Source of the DNA: a virus
Lineage: Duplodnaviria; Caudoviricetes
IMG/VR virus record: IMGVR_UViG_3300032227_000091
Coordinates: 1-26,177 of that record
Length of the DNA stretch: 26,177 bases
Strand: one strand, 5' to 3'
This document shows positions 7,150 to 16,126 of the stretch, piece by piece; position 1 is the first letter of the stretch; each line of letters starts with the position of its first letter. The notes below the pieces were generated by a model, which was not told the origin of the DNA, did no database searches, and worked only from the letters and a program-made list of their open reading frames with translations. The translations under genes and the position numbers were made by a program.

Positions 7150-7601
7150 TATTGTTTATACCCCCAAGTTAGATACCAAGCAATGACCGCAGCCACTGCA
7201 TAGCACATGAACATTGCTCTACGAACCTTTGCCAAATCTTGTTTAAACTCTCTAGTAAGTTCATTGTCTTGTTTCTCTATCTTTTGTTTAATGGATTCGA
7301 TTTCACTCCAGCGTTTAGCTCCATGCTTTCTAATGAAATCAGCTTTGACTTTAGCTTCCTCGATACGGATGGTTTCTTGGCGTTGCCATTCCATCATTGC
7401 TCTCTTAAAATACTGCTCTTTAAAGACCTGTGCTTCTCGTATCTGTCTTTTACGCTCTAGGTCTTTCTGCTGCGCTACTGCTGCAGCGTCCTTCTGTACA
7501 TCGACAATACTCTTAGTAATGGACTTACTAGCCTCACGACTAGCGTCCATGCTACTGGTTACAGACTTTGCTCCTTCGATAAAACCAAATTGGTCGGACA
7601 T
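7149..7601 (-). CDS. Coiled-coil protein with C-terminal membrane anchor, in the lysis cassette
   Basis: Charged helical body with C-terminal AMFMCYAVAAVIAWYLTWG; TAATG coupling to the holin. Confidence 0.65.
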   Translation of the reverse strand: MSDQFGFIEGAKSVTSSMDASREASKSITKSIVDVQKDAAAVAQQKDLERKRQIREAQVFKEQYFKRAMMEWQRQETIRIEEAKVKADFIRKHGAKRWSEIESIKQKIEKQDNELTREFKQDLAKVRRAMFMCYAVAAVIAWYLTWGYKQ

Positions 7602-7616
7602 GGAATCATATTCTTA

Positions 7617-9557
7617 TTATTGTAGTTCTTTTTCAAGACGAATCAATTCTTCTTTTTCAGCATCTGTTAAACCTGTTTGTGCTGGAGATGTTGTTTCTGT
7701 GGTTGGTCGAACTAAATCTTCTGCTGTAATTTTAGCTTTTTCAAACGCTTGGAATGCTTTAGCAGCTAAGTTTCTTGTGATTGGTAAGCCTTTTTCTTGT
7801 TGCTTTAGCATCGCCACAGCCGCATTCGTTGCTTCTGGATTAGTAATGGCTTTAGCAATAAATCGAGGACCTAAGAATACTGCACCGGCTGTCGCAACAG
7901 TTGCAAAGGGACTATTTGCGGCTGCTTTTTGAGCGTCTGCATCAAATATTAATGCTCCTGCTCCGAGTACACCAGTAACCGCTTGAGCTTGTTGCGCTGC
8001 AAAAAACAAAGGTGCTGTTTGATCAGGACGAACTGCAGATAATTCTGCTGTTTTTAGCAGTTTCATTACATTAGTTTGCTGGTCTTTAGTTAATATTGTA
8101 TTAAACGTACGACGAATGGCTTCATCGGACTCAATCTTTTGACCCAATGTAGCTAAAGTTCCTTCACTTTTAAGTAGATTCTCAACGTAGCCACGACGTA
8201 CACTATTTAGTGTATCTGTAACATTTAGTTTAGGATCAAGTTGTTTAGCACGACCAAGAGCTTTCTTTGTTTCTTCAAAAGCCGTCACATTGCCGCTTTG
8301 ATAAATAGTCTTTCCAACAAACTCAGGATCTTTATTTAATAACTTAGCAGTTGTATCTGTGTATAAATCGGTAATACTTTCTCTATACAACTTTGAGTAA
8401 AATTTATATTGATCGGCTAGTTTTGTAGTTGTTTCTTCTGGTATTCTTCCGTTGAAAGACAATGCTGATCCTTCAATTTTAGAACCTGCAGCATCCATCT
8501 GTTTTTCAATTGTGCTAATAAATGAACTTAATTGAGCATCTAATTTAGTATCAGGAGAAGTAGATGATTTTAAATCTCTTTGACGTGCTTTAAAATTAGA
8601 TAAAATTTCATGTGCTGTTCCAAAATCTAACTTTTCTGGTGCGTTGGTAATTTGCTCAAGAAGAGTTTTTTCGCCAGATGAAATTGTTAATCCACCGGCT
8701 TTTTCAGCTTGATTTAAAATCTGTGACGCTCTAATCTGTAGTGGAACTAAATCAACAGTAACGCCTGTACGCTCTGATAATGTCGTATAGAAAGGTTTAA
8801 CAGTATCTTTTAATGCTTTATCACCAGCACTGATAGCTTCACCAAAAGCCCGTCCTGTAGCAACGCTATCATATACACCAGTTGTAATATCGTCAAGAAT
8901 CTTGCCTTTAGCAGATTGAATAGCCTTTTCTGTAGCTAAATCAGCTTTAGCCATAATCGGCTTTGCTGTGAACGAACCACGAGCAAGGCTTTCCATAACT
9001 CCTTCAAGTTGACTTCCTGTAGCTTGATACGGAGTTAAACCAAAACTACCTTCTTGTTTGAGTAGTCTATCAGCTTGAAAGATTGCGTTATCAATCTGAG
9101 CTGTCTCTGAACCTAGTTTACTTTTGATAAAGTCTTTGGTTACTCGATAGGCTTTACCACCAGCAGAGAATATTAGATTACCAGCAGCATCGTAAGTAGC
9201 TTGTTCGATACCGGATTGAGCAACACCAAATAAAGATGGACGACCAGTAATAGCTTGTTGAACTGCTTCTCCGGTAGCTCCTCCAGCGCCAGCACCAATC
9301 ATACTGCGAACTGCAGCAGAGCCAGCCGCAGCTCCAACTCTAGCGCCTGTCGGAGATCTCGTCCCTAGTGCGCCAACAGTACCGCCAATCATTCCTCCTA
9401 ATTCAGGAAGTGTCTCAATAAAACTACGACCAAGTTGTTGTGTTAGTGTTGGTTGAGGCTGATTTGGATTAATTAAAACACTTTGGTAAGAACTATCACC
9501 ACCTACTTCTTTTTCCAAACGAGCTAATTCTTCTTGTTCTGCAGCAGTCAAAGCCAT
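7617..9557 (-). CDS. Putative internal virion / DNA ejection protein (646 aa)
   Basis: Helical and Ala/Gly-rich with hydrophobic stretches; third of three such genes after the tail nozzle; AAGGA RBS. Confidence 0.65.
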   Translation of the reverse strand: MALTAAEQEELARLEKEVGGDSSYQSVLINPNQPQPTLTQQLGRSFIETLPELGGMIGGTVGALGTRSPTGARVGAAAGSAAVRSMIGAGAGGATGEAVQQAITGRPSLFGVAQSGIEQATYDAAGNLIFSAGGKAYRVTKDFIKSKLGSETAQIDNAIFQADRLLKQEGSFGLTPYQATGSQLEGVMESLARGSFTAKPIMAKADLATEKAIQSAKGKILDDITTGVYDSVATGRAFGEAISAGDKALKDTVKPFYTTLSERTGVTVDLVPLQIRASQILNQAEKAGGLTISSGEKTLLEQITNAPEKLDFGTAHEILSNFKARQRDLKSSTSPDTKLDAQLSSFISTIEKQMDAAGSKIEGSALSFNGRIPEETTTKLADQYKFYSKLYRESITDLYTDTTAKLLNKDPEFVGKTIYQSGNVTAFEETKKALGRAKQLDPKLNVTDTLNSVRRGYVENLLKSEGTLATLGQKIESDEAIRRTFNTILTKDQQTNVMKLLKTAELSAVRPDQTAPLFFAAQQAQAVTGVLGAGALIFDADAQKAAANSPFATVATAGAVFLGPRFIAKAITNPEATNAAVAMLKQQEKGLPITRNLAAKAFQAFEKAKITAEDLVRPTTETTSPAQTGLTDAEKEELIRLEKELQ

Positions 9558-9566
9558 TATTTATCC

Positions 9567-10652
9567 TTACTGAGGTTGTGGTCCAGCTTTTTGTCTTAAT
9601 TGCTGTAAACGCTTACGCTTTTCAAAAATATCATTAACATCTTTTTGCGCTTGTTTACGGAATTCATTAATATTAATCTTAGCCATATCGCCAGTATAGC
9701 CTTGAGCTAAATCAAATGTTCTTTGATCAATTAACGCATTACGCTCAATACGCTCAATAACATTCTGCAGTGTTTCTTTGGTTAATCCACGAGAACCTAC
9801 AGCCTCTTTCAAGAACTTAACGTCCTTGTCAGATAAAGCTCCTTTTAGATTCTTAGCTTGACCGACAGTCAATGCTGCGAATAATTGGTCTAATTGTTCA
9901 GATTCTGTTGTTCCGGTAACATTAACGCCTAAAGCATTGGCAAACTGCGAAGCTGTTAATTTAACTCCAGCACCAGTTCCAGTAAATGCCTTACCTAAAA
10001 CATTATTAAAATCACGAGTAATCTGAATTGTATCAGCAGCGGTAATAGCAGCATCTTCGAGGTCTAAGAATTTACCAGTACGTTTCTCACGAAGAATCTT
10101 ATCGCTTGCTTCACCGGGAAGGACAATCTTAGTTCCTTTTCCTTCGCCTTCAGCTTTAATAACAGCATTAACTTCTTTAACTCTAGGATCATTTTCACCA
10201 AAATCGGCAATTAATTGATCACGATAGGCTTGTAACTGACCAATTGTAGGTAATTTTTCACGCCCTTTAGCCTCTGTTTCTGCAATTATTTTCCTCTGTT
10301 GCAACATAGATGTTGTCATATCATTAGAACGCTTAATTGCTGCTTGAGCAACATCTGGTGCAAACGGAGCTACTTCTCTAGCAAATGCCATAACTTCACC
10401 GGGATTTGCCATGTTGAATTGTGAGGCTATCTCACGAACCTTAGTAGCACGATTAAGCTGTTCATCTCCGCCAAGAAGCTGATTAATTCCACGACCTAGT
10501 CCAGCACTGCCTTGATAGATTGCTAGATTAGCTCTTTCTAGTGGATCTAATTGAGCAAATCTAAATGCGTTAGAGAAGTCAGTAGCAGCTCGTTGCTGTT
10601 GCAACGCTTCTGGATCAATACCAAATAAGTTATTTACGATATTTTGAGCCAT
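9567..10652 (-). CDS. Putative internal virion / DNA ejection protein (361 aa)
   Basis: Gln/Ala-rich helical protein with GALSDKD motif; synteny; AAGGA RBS. Confidence 0.65.
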   Translation of the reverse strand: MAQNIVNNLFGIDPEALQQQRAATDFSNAFRFAQLDPLERANLAIYQGSAGLGRGINQLLGGDEQLNRATKVREIASQFNMANPGEVMAFAREVAPFAPDVAQAAIKRSNDMTTSMLQQRKIIAETEAKGREKLPTIGQLQAYRDQLIADFGENDPRVKEVNAVIKAEGEGKGTKIVLPGEASDKILREKRTGKFLDLEDAAITAADTIQITRDFNNVLGKAFTGTGAGVKLTASQFANALGVNVTGTTESEQLDQLFAALTVGQAKNLKGALSDKDVKFLKEAVGSRGLTKETLQNVIERIERNALIDQRTFDLAQGYTGDMAKININEFRKQAQKDVNDIFEKRKRLQQLRQKAGPQPQ

Positions 10653-10665
10653 TATTGTTCCTTAT

Positions 10666-11679
10666 TTAATAGATCGGTCCGACAAAGCCGGGTTCTGCTT
10701 GATTCGATTGACGAGTTAAATAATTACCAAACAAATTACCTAATTGACTAAATCCACCCCCGCCTCCCATTGAACTACCTAAACCACTTATTGCTGTCCC
10801 TAATGGACTATAGCCTTGATATTTAGCATAGGCATCCGCTGCTGCTCTTTGTGGGTCTAAATACAACTGACCAGCTCTTGCGCCAGCACCTGCCTGTGCA
10901 GCAGCTAAATCAAGACTCATCTGATATGGGTTTTGTCCTAAAGACTCAATGCTCTTAGCCAAGTTAAGTTGTGTCTCGATTGGCAAGAATGAACCGCTAA
11001 AGAGTGTTGGAATACCTGAAGCAAGTTTACCGCCAGCACCGTATAGTTCTCCACCAAAACGAATACGTTCCATAGCGGCTTGGTCTGCTTCTGCAGCTAG
11101 TGCTTTGTCTTGTTGGAAGATAGAATTGTAGTATGCTTGTAATGCAGGATTTGCTGGCGCTCCGCCTGTGCCTGTCTGAACACCTAGACCACCACGACCA
11201 GTAGCAAAGTTACGAGCCTGTAATCGACCAAACTCAGCAGCACGACTAGGCTGTAGTAAACTTTGCCTATCTGATATATATTTAGCTGCAACATCTTGTG
11301 GAGTTGCACCTAAATAGCTACCACCTAAGTTAAATAGCGATGTTGCACCGCCATAAATAGGTTCTGTTAGTTGTTGTAAACGAGTAGGATCGTATCCAGT
11401 AGCTCCTATCGTAAAACGATTACGAAGAGCTTCTAGTTCTGGATTTAATGTATAACCAGCTTCTTCGACTTGTCCTAGTTCGTTTACTCGGAAATTAGAA
11501 GTTCCGAAGCCAGTTCTCAGTCCAATAGGACGAAACTGTGCCATTTCGGAAGCACGTAGACCTGCAGCACGAAGCGCTTCCGCCTGTCCTCTAGCAGCAT
11601 CTGCTCCTTTGCCTCCACTAATAAGACCACCGACAATATTAAGCGCTGGTCCTGCGATTGCACTAACAAAGCTACCCAT
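10666..11679 (-). CDS. Putative DNA ejection / pilot-like protein (337 aa)
   Basis: Gly/Ala-rich hydrophobic N-terminus (GSFVSAIAGPALNIVGGLISGG) and Gly-rich C-terminus, as in P22 gp7 / T7 gp14-type proteins; AGGAG RBS. Confidence 0.68.
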   Translation of the reverse strand: MGSFVSAIAGPALNIVGGLISGGKGADAARGQAEALRAAGLRASEMAQFRPIGLRTGFGTSNFRVNELGQVEEAGYTLNPELEALRNRFTIGATGYDPTRLQQLTEPIYGGATSLFNLGGSYLGATPQDVAAKYISDRQSLLQPSRAAEFGRLQARNFATGRGGLGVQTGTGGAPANPALQAYYNSIFQQDKALAAEADQAAMERIRFGGELYGAGGKLASGIPTLFSGSFLPIETQLNLAKSIESLGQNPYQMSLDLAAAQAGAGARAGQLYLDPQRAAADAYAKYQGYSPLGTAISGLGSSMGGGGGFSQLGNLFGNYLTRQSNQAEPGFVGPIY

Positions 11680-11681
11680 GA

Positions 11682-11969
11682 TTATTTGCTCCTACTGTAG
11701 ATATCATACATTTGTTTATCATTACCTAAAAAGGGTTGTTCATATTTAAAACCAATTACTTTTGTAAATTTAGTTAGTTTCTTATCTCGTTTATTAATCA
11801 TTGCAAGCAAAGGACTGTTAACCAAATACTGCAGTATATTTAAGTCTTCTAAATACTTTGCCTTTACTTCCGGTGTCCACTTATGTACATCTGTATGAAA
11901 CCACAACATTCCTTCAAAGAACTCTAAGTACATGGTGTAGTCGTCTCTTAAGACTACAGGTACTTTCAT
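11682..11969 (-). CDS. Hypothetical protein, possibly GNAT-fold virion assembly protein (T7 gp13-like position)
   Basis: Lies between tail and ejection genes; ends KLTKF..VIGF, similar to the C-terminal GNAT motif. Confidence 0.5.
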   Translation of the reverse strand: MKVPVVLRDDYTMYLEFFEGMLWFHTDVHKWTPEVKAKYLEDLNILQYLVNSPLLAMINKRDKKLTKFTKVIGFKYEQPFLGNDKQMYDIYSRSK

Positions 11970-12025
11970 CTTAGGTCTTTCTTCTCTCTAGATATTCTGC
12001 TATATTCTGCTGTTGTTTTACGCAT
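11966..12025 (-). CDS. 19-aa mini-ORF (MRKTTAEYSRISREKKDLR), possible coupling bridge or gene remnant
   Basis: Starts 2 nt after the upstream TAG and ends in an ATGA overlap with the next gene, spanning the whole intergenic gap. Confidence 0.45.
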   Translation of the reverse strand: MRKTTAEYSRISREKKDLR

Positions 12026-12027
12026 TT

Positions 12028-12729
12028 CTACGTTTTCATGATGAACGCTAATGCGTAGTATGGAGGCAAGTTAGCATTTGTGCCACTAGAACCAGAAGAC
12101 GCAACAGTAGTAGCTACAGAAATTCCAGTTACTGCTGTTTCTGTGTTATAAGTCTCTACTTGAGAATTAGAGAATGATCCGCTGATAAAATTATCAGGAG
12201 CACTACCACGGAATGTTCTTACATTGTGCTGATGTCCGGGATCTGTTACGCTAGATGTAGCAGTATGTGTATGGCTTACTGTAATAGCATCTTTAGAACC
12301 ACCAGACTGTGTATTGCTTCCAGTTACAGTTGTGTATGCAACACCAGCAGAATCACTATGAGCACCGATAACAAACTTATTACGAAGATCAGGAGTGCTA
12401 TTAGAACCGTTACAGAGAACCCAGCCTGTAGGAATCGTAGCGATTGTACCAGACCACATCATAATCATACCTGATGTAAACGCTGCTGATAGAGCTGTCT
12501 GTACAAAAGCAGTAGTAGCTAATTGTGTTGTGTTCGTAGCAGCAGACGCAGTAGGTGCTGTAGGAGTTCCTGTTAAAGCAGGACTATTTAGATCTGCCTT
12601 AGAAGAAATAGCAGAAGCGATTGCTGTGAACTCTGTATCAATCTCTGTACCTTTAACAATCTTACCTGAGTTACCAGTAGGTAATCCGTCTTTAGCTGTA
12701 AAATTAGTTGCTTTTGTATAGTTTGCCAT
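12028..12729 (-). CDS. Tail collar-domain protein (short fibre / needle-like)
   Basis: SPALTGTPTAPT...TTQLATTAFV, GMIMMWSG..IPTGWVLCNG...TPDLRNKF and NLPPYYALAFIMK. Confidence 0.8.
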   Translation of the reverse strand: MANYTKATNFTAKDGLPTGNSGKIVKGTEIDTEFTAIASAISSKADLNSPALTGTPTAPTASAATNTTQLATTAFVQTALSAAFTSGMIMMWSGTIATIPTGWVLCNGSNSTPDLRNKFVIGAHSDSAGVAYTTVTGSNTQSGGSKDAITVSHTHTATSSVTDPGHQHNVRTFRGSAPDNFISGSFSNSQVETYNTETAVTGISVATTVASSGSSGTNANLPPYYALAFIMKT

Positions 12730-12738
12730 GTTATGTCC

Positions 12739-14391
12739 TTAGACTAAAGTCTTTCCTTGCTTAATTGCTACGTCTATTTTCTGAATTGAAACTGGGTTTC
12801 CATTAATATCTGCTTCTAATCCTAATTGCATTACAGTTCCTTGACCACCAGCATTAATATTAAAACGATCTAAAACAATACCTGAAGTATACTCAGCAAT
12901 GTTATATTCAGACGATCCGGGGATAGTATCTATAGTAGAGTTATTATATTCATAAACTGTGGCAGCATCTAAATTATAAGTAGTAGCTTGATAGCTTTCA
13001 CTATAATCAAATCCCCACTTAACAGCTACTGGTTGATTTGTACCGCCAATCAATACCCAACCTATCTTCTTTAGGATTTTAAGGTTTGTAGACGCATCAA
13101 AGTCAAAGTAGTTGGTATAATAAGCCAGACGATAACTAGCAGTATTATCCGCATAGCCAAAGTATTTACCGATATATCCCGGCTTACCTATATATAAATC
13201 TCTTGCTTGAGTAACAAAGAATGCTTTAGGCTCGATGCTATCCCAAATAGTTACCCGCATAGAACCATCTTGTAATGAAGCACGAGTATCAAAACAATAT
13301 GCAAACTTAGTTGTAGGAAGCGTTAATAAATATATAGCATCTCTTTCGTAGTAGATGCTTTTAATCTTAGTTAAGTCTGTCTCAGATGCTACAGCAGTCA
13401 TTAATTCATCACGAACATTCTTAGAGATATCACGCAGTGGTAGGGACTTCTCTTGAATTACTCGTTGTAAACTACGAACTCCTGAGTCAGATAAGAATAA
13501 GACATCAGTTGCAATATTCTGTACTGAATCTCTAGCAATACATCCTACGTTATAGATAATCTCAACAAGAGTTAATGCTCCTGTATCTAACGGATTACCG
13601 TATACTGCAATGTTCTTACGACCAAAGAATATAATATATCCATTGTGCGCTGCCGCAGCGACTACAGGATCTCCGTTAGGGAGAACTTCTTGTAGGTTAA
13701 TATAGCCAGCAGTTCCGTTCTGAAAGTCTGTACCAGCTAGTAAGTCACTGAAGTAAACAGTCTGAGTATCTCCTGAAATACCACCGCACCATATTCTTCC
13801 GTATGCTGAGAGTACCCAGCTAGGCATAAATGTTGATGTGCTATGATTAAGAGGTAACGCAGCAGCATCTCCTACTCGTTGATAACCAAAGGTATTACTA
13901 TTGTGATCATTAAAACCACCACCAGAGGTAGGTAGCTCATGATACACTAGCATTGGGTGTGCGGCTTGTGCTAAATACACATGAGGCTGGAAGTCGCTAA
14001 CGTCTCCATAAGACATGGCAGCACCTTGCCAGTTATTACCTGTAATGGTATAAGTAGCGTCGCCACTGTTAGTAGCATTACGAACTGTTTTAGTAGTCAT
14101 CGTAGTAGTCCCTACGAATAATCTATTATTACCCGCACTTAACACTTGATTACTACCGCCATCTACTACTTCAAATAAGAACTCTACTGCATTGCCAGAC
14201 CCTAAATCAGTATTAACTGAGGAGTTAACAGTAGTCCATCCACGTCTTGCTCCGATACGACCATATTTGTCGATTACACAGTTCTGAGCTTTTAATGCAA
14301 AGCCAGAAGACAAAGTAATACTAGACTCTTGGAGATTAAGTCCATAGAATCCCGGCGCTGCTATAGACGATGTCTGTAGTTGACTAGCCAT
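12739..14391 (-). CDS. Tail nozzle / tubular protein B (P22 gp10-like)
   Basis: 550 aa, beta-rich propeller-like; GCIARDS and FLSDSGVRSL; follows the adaptor gene. Confidence 0.75.
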   Translation of the reverse strand: MASQLQTSSIAAPGFYGLNLQESSITLSSGFALKAQNCVIDKYGRIGARRGWTTVNSSVNTDLGSGNAVEFLFEVVDGGSNQVLSAGNNRLFVGTTTMTTKTVRNATNSGDATYTITGNNWQGAAMSYGDVSDFQPHVYLAQAAHPMLVYHELPTSGGGFNDHNSNTFGYQRVGDAAALPLNHSTSTFMPSWVLSAYGRIWCGGISGDTQTVYFSDLLAGTDFQNGTAGYINLQEVLPNGDPVVAAAAHNGYIIFFGRKNIAVYGNPLDTGALTLVEIIYNVGCIARDSVQNIATDVLFLSDSGVRSLQRVIQEKSLPLRDISKNVRDELMTAVASETDLTKIKSIYYERDAIYLLTLPTTKFAYCFDTRASLQDGSMRVTIWDSIEPKAFFVTQARDLYIGKPGYIGKYFGYADNTASYRLAYYTNYFDFDASTNLKILKKIGWVLIGGTNQPVAVKWGFDYSESYQATTYNLDAATVYEYNNSTIDTIPGSSEYNIAEYTSGIVLDRFNINAGGQGTVMQLGLEADINGNPVSIQKIDVAIKQGKTLV

Positions 14392-15048
14392 TTAGATCCA
14401 ATTCCACTGGGATTCTTCAATATAACGATTCGACTCTAATGATATTGCATCGGCAAGACTTTGGCGATATAGTACATACGTTTCACCGGACTGTACACCG
14501 CCATCTTCTCCACGCTCTGCTTGCGCCCTAGCCAATGCACCTAAAATGACTGGCTCGTGTGGGACTAATAATATATCAGCGTTTACTGCTAATGGTTCTT
14601 GCGGTTTAATAATGTTAAAACGAATATTATATGATCCGTTAGGAATTGGGAATAAGTCTACTTGTGTATCTCCGTTGCTGTTTGTACCGTTAAAGTTGTA
14701 ATACTTTGGACTACCCTTTTGTGCAGTTGTCAATAAAAACTGCTGATCCATCCACACAGTAGAAGCGTTCTCAACAAAGAAGTTATCGGTATCATTCAAC
14801 ACATCAATAACACGGAATCGTTGACCAGAACCAGTTAATACATAGTTAAAGACATCGGCTGTAGTTGTAGCTGATAGCGTCTCTGATAAAGCATTCCAGT
14901 TATAAGAATCTTCAACCTGACGCTTAGAATCATTGACATAACGAGCAATGAGCTTAACATAAGCGTTATCCGACACCGAGGAAGCCTCTGGCTCTCGTAA
15001 CCGAATAAGTACGTCATTTACAAGTTGAATATAGTTCATTGAAGCCAT
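14392..15048 (-). CDS. Head-tail adaptor / tail tubular protein A
   Basis: NYIQLVNDVLIRLRE, WNAL, G.PKYY and LFPIP; typical size and position upstream of the nozzle. Confidence 0.75.
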   Translation of the reverse strand: MASMNYIQLVNDVLIRLREPEASSVSDNAYVKLIARYVNDSKRQVEDSYNWNALSETLSATTTADVFNYVLTGSGQRFRVIDVLNDTDNFFVENASTVWMDQQFLLTTAQKGSPKYYNFNGTNSNGDTQVDLFPIPNGSYNIRFNIIKPQEPLAVNADILLVPHEPVILGALARAQAERGEDGGVQSGETYVLYRQSLADAISLESNRYIEESQWNWI

Positions 15049-15053
15049 GCGTT

Positions 15054-15082
15054 ATCCTATCATAGTTTGACTATTTTGTCAA
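15054..15082 (-). promoter_or_regulatory. Sigma70-type promoter for the tail operon
   Basis: TTGACA-17 nt-TAGGAT with extended -10 TG, located in the only gap before the adaptor gene. Confidence 0.65.
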
Positions 15083-15090
15083 GCAAAATC

Positions 15091-15336
15091 TTAACAATCC
15101 CACTTCTTTAATGCTAAGGCTTTTCTTGTTGGTCTACCTTTGGTGTCCTTCATCGGACCTTTTACGCCTTCCATCCTTGCACAGAACGACTTACGTCGTT
15201 TAGCCGCTTTAGGGGACTTTGCAGCCTCTTTTGACGAAACTGGGGGTTTGAGGTTAGCGCCCTCAGTTCGCTTGAAATAAGCCCTTCCTTTGGCATTTAA
15301 ACCGCCTTCTGGATTCTGATATACCTTCTTAACCAT
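15091..15336 (-). CDS. Small basic phage protein (81 aa, DUF6321-like)
   Basis: GGLNAKGR, RRKSFCARM and KALALKKWDC; very Lys/Arg-rich. Confidence 0.75.
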   Translation of the reverse strand: MVKKVYQNPEGGLNAKGRAYFKRTEGANLKPPVSSKEAAKSPKAAKRRKSFCARMEGVKGPMKDTKGRPTRKALALKKWDC

Positions 15337-15491
15337 TATTTCTTCTTCTTAGCTGTTTTAGCAGACTCGATAAAGGCTTTAGCGGTAGGAGCGCCTTTGC
15401 TGCCTACCTTACGCATCTTCTCGCCTGATCCTGCCTTAATACGACGACGTTTAGCGGCGATATTGGCATAGAGACCCGGTTTAGTAGCCAC
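15336..15491 (-). CDS. Small basic protein (51 aa, GTG start; MATKPGLYANIAAKRRRIKAGSGEKMRKVGSKGAPTAKAFIESAKTAKKKK)
   Basis: GGAG RBS before GTG; TAATG overlap with the next gene. Not in the ORF track. Confidence 0.75.
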   Translation of the reverse strand: MATKPGLYANIAAKRRRIKAGSGEKMRKVGSKGAPTAKAFIESAKTAKKKK

Positions 15492-15624
15492 GCATTGCTC
15501 CCATCTTCTTCATTGGCTTTGCCTTAGGAGTAGTTACTTTAGTACCAGTCTTCTTAGCGTATGTCTTAGCTTGCTTTTTACCTTTAGCGGTGTAAGGGAA
15601 CTTCTTGTCTTTGACCATTGGCAT
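15481..15624 (-). CDS. Small basic protein (47 aa, MPMVKDKKFPYTAKGKKQAKTYAKKTGTKVTTPKAKPMKKMGAMRGY)
   Basis: AAGGA RBS; starts 1 nt after the upstream stop. Not in the ORF track. Confidence 0.75.
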   Translation of the reverse strand: MPMVKDKKFPYTAKGKKQAKTYAKKTGTKVTTPKAKPMKKMGAMRGY

Positions 15625-15625
15625 A

Positions 15626-15766
15626 TTATTTCCTTTTCTTGGGTTTAGCTACTTTAGCGGTTGATAATGCGATTGCGACTGCTTGCTTCTGTGGTCTTCC
15701 TTCTTTGACCATCTTAGAGATGTTCTTACTGATTGTCTTCTGTGACTTACCTTTAGCGAGTGGCAT
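15626..15766 (-). CDS. Small basic protein (46 aa, [46 protein letters not shown])
   Basis: AGGAG RBS; QAVAIAL motif common to small phage basic proteins. Not in the ORF track. Confidence 0.78.
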   Translation of the reverse strand: MPLAKGKSQKTISKNISKMVKEGRPQKQAVAIALSTAKVAKPKKRK

Positions 15767-15775
15767 TTAATTCTC

Positions 15776-16126
15776 CTATAAATAGTTCTGAATAGTGCTG
15801 CGTTGCTCTAATTCCATGCTCACAGTAATAGACATTGCAGATCCTGTCTCAGACTGTACTCGGATCTCATCTCCTTCGTCTAATACTATATATGCACCGC
15901 CATTAAACTGTACATATTTTCTAGCATCAAGATTATAACCGTCAATAATCACAACCTCAGTATTTTCGCTGGAATCGTACCACCAAAGACTAACTGATTT
16001 ATCACCACCAGTGTGATTACTAATATGTGATAAAGTCCACTTAGCAATGTTTCTAGTGGGAACAGTAAAGACAGTTGTCTTAACATTAGCAGTTAGGTTT
16101 TTACCTATGGAGTGCGGTCTACTCAT
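15776..16126 (-). CDS. Hypothetical beta-rich virion-associated protein (116 aa)
   Basis: ATGA-coupled start; beta-strand pattern ending IVLDEGDEIRV; structural operon context. Confidence 0.65.
   Translation of the reverse strand: MSRPHSIGKNLTANVKTTVFTVPTRNIAKWTLSHISNHTGGDKSVSLWWYDSSENTEVVIIDGYNLDARKYVQFNGGAYIVLDEGDEIRVQSETGSAMSITVSMELEQRSTIQNYL

Noticed and set aside
7207-7932. 241-aa + strand ORF
   Set aside because: Antisense shadow of two well-supported - strand genes; Ser/Phe/Leu-rich composition typical of reverse-complement frames; no RBS.
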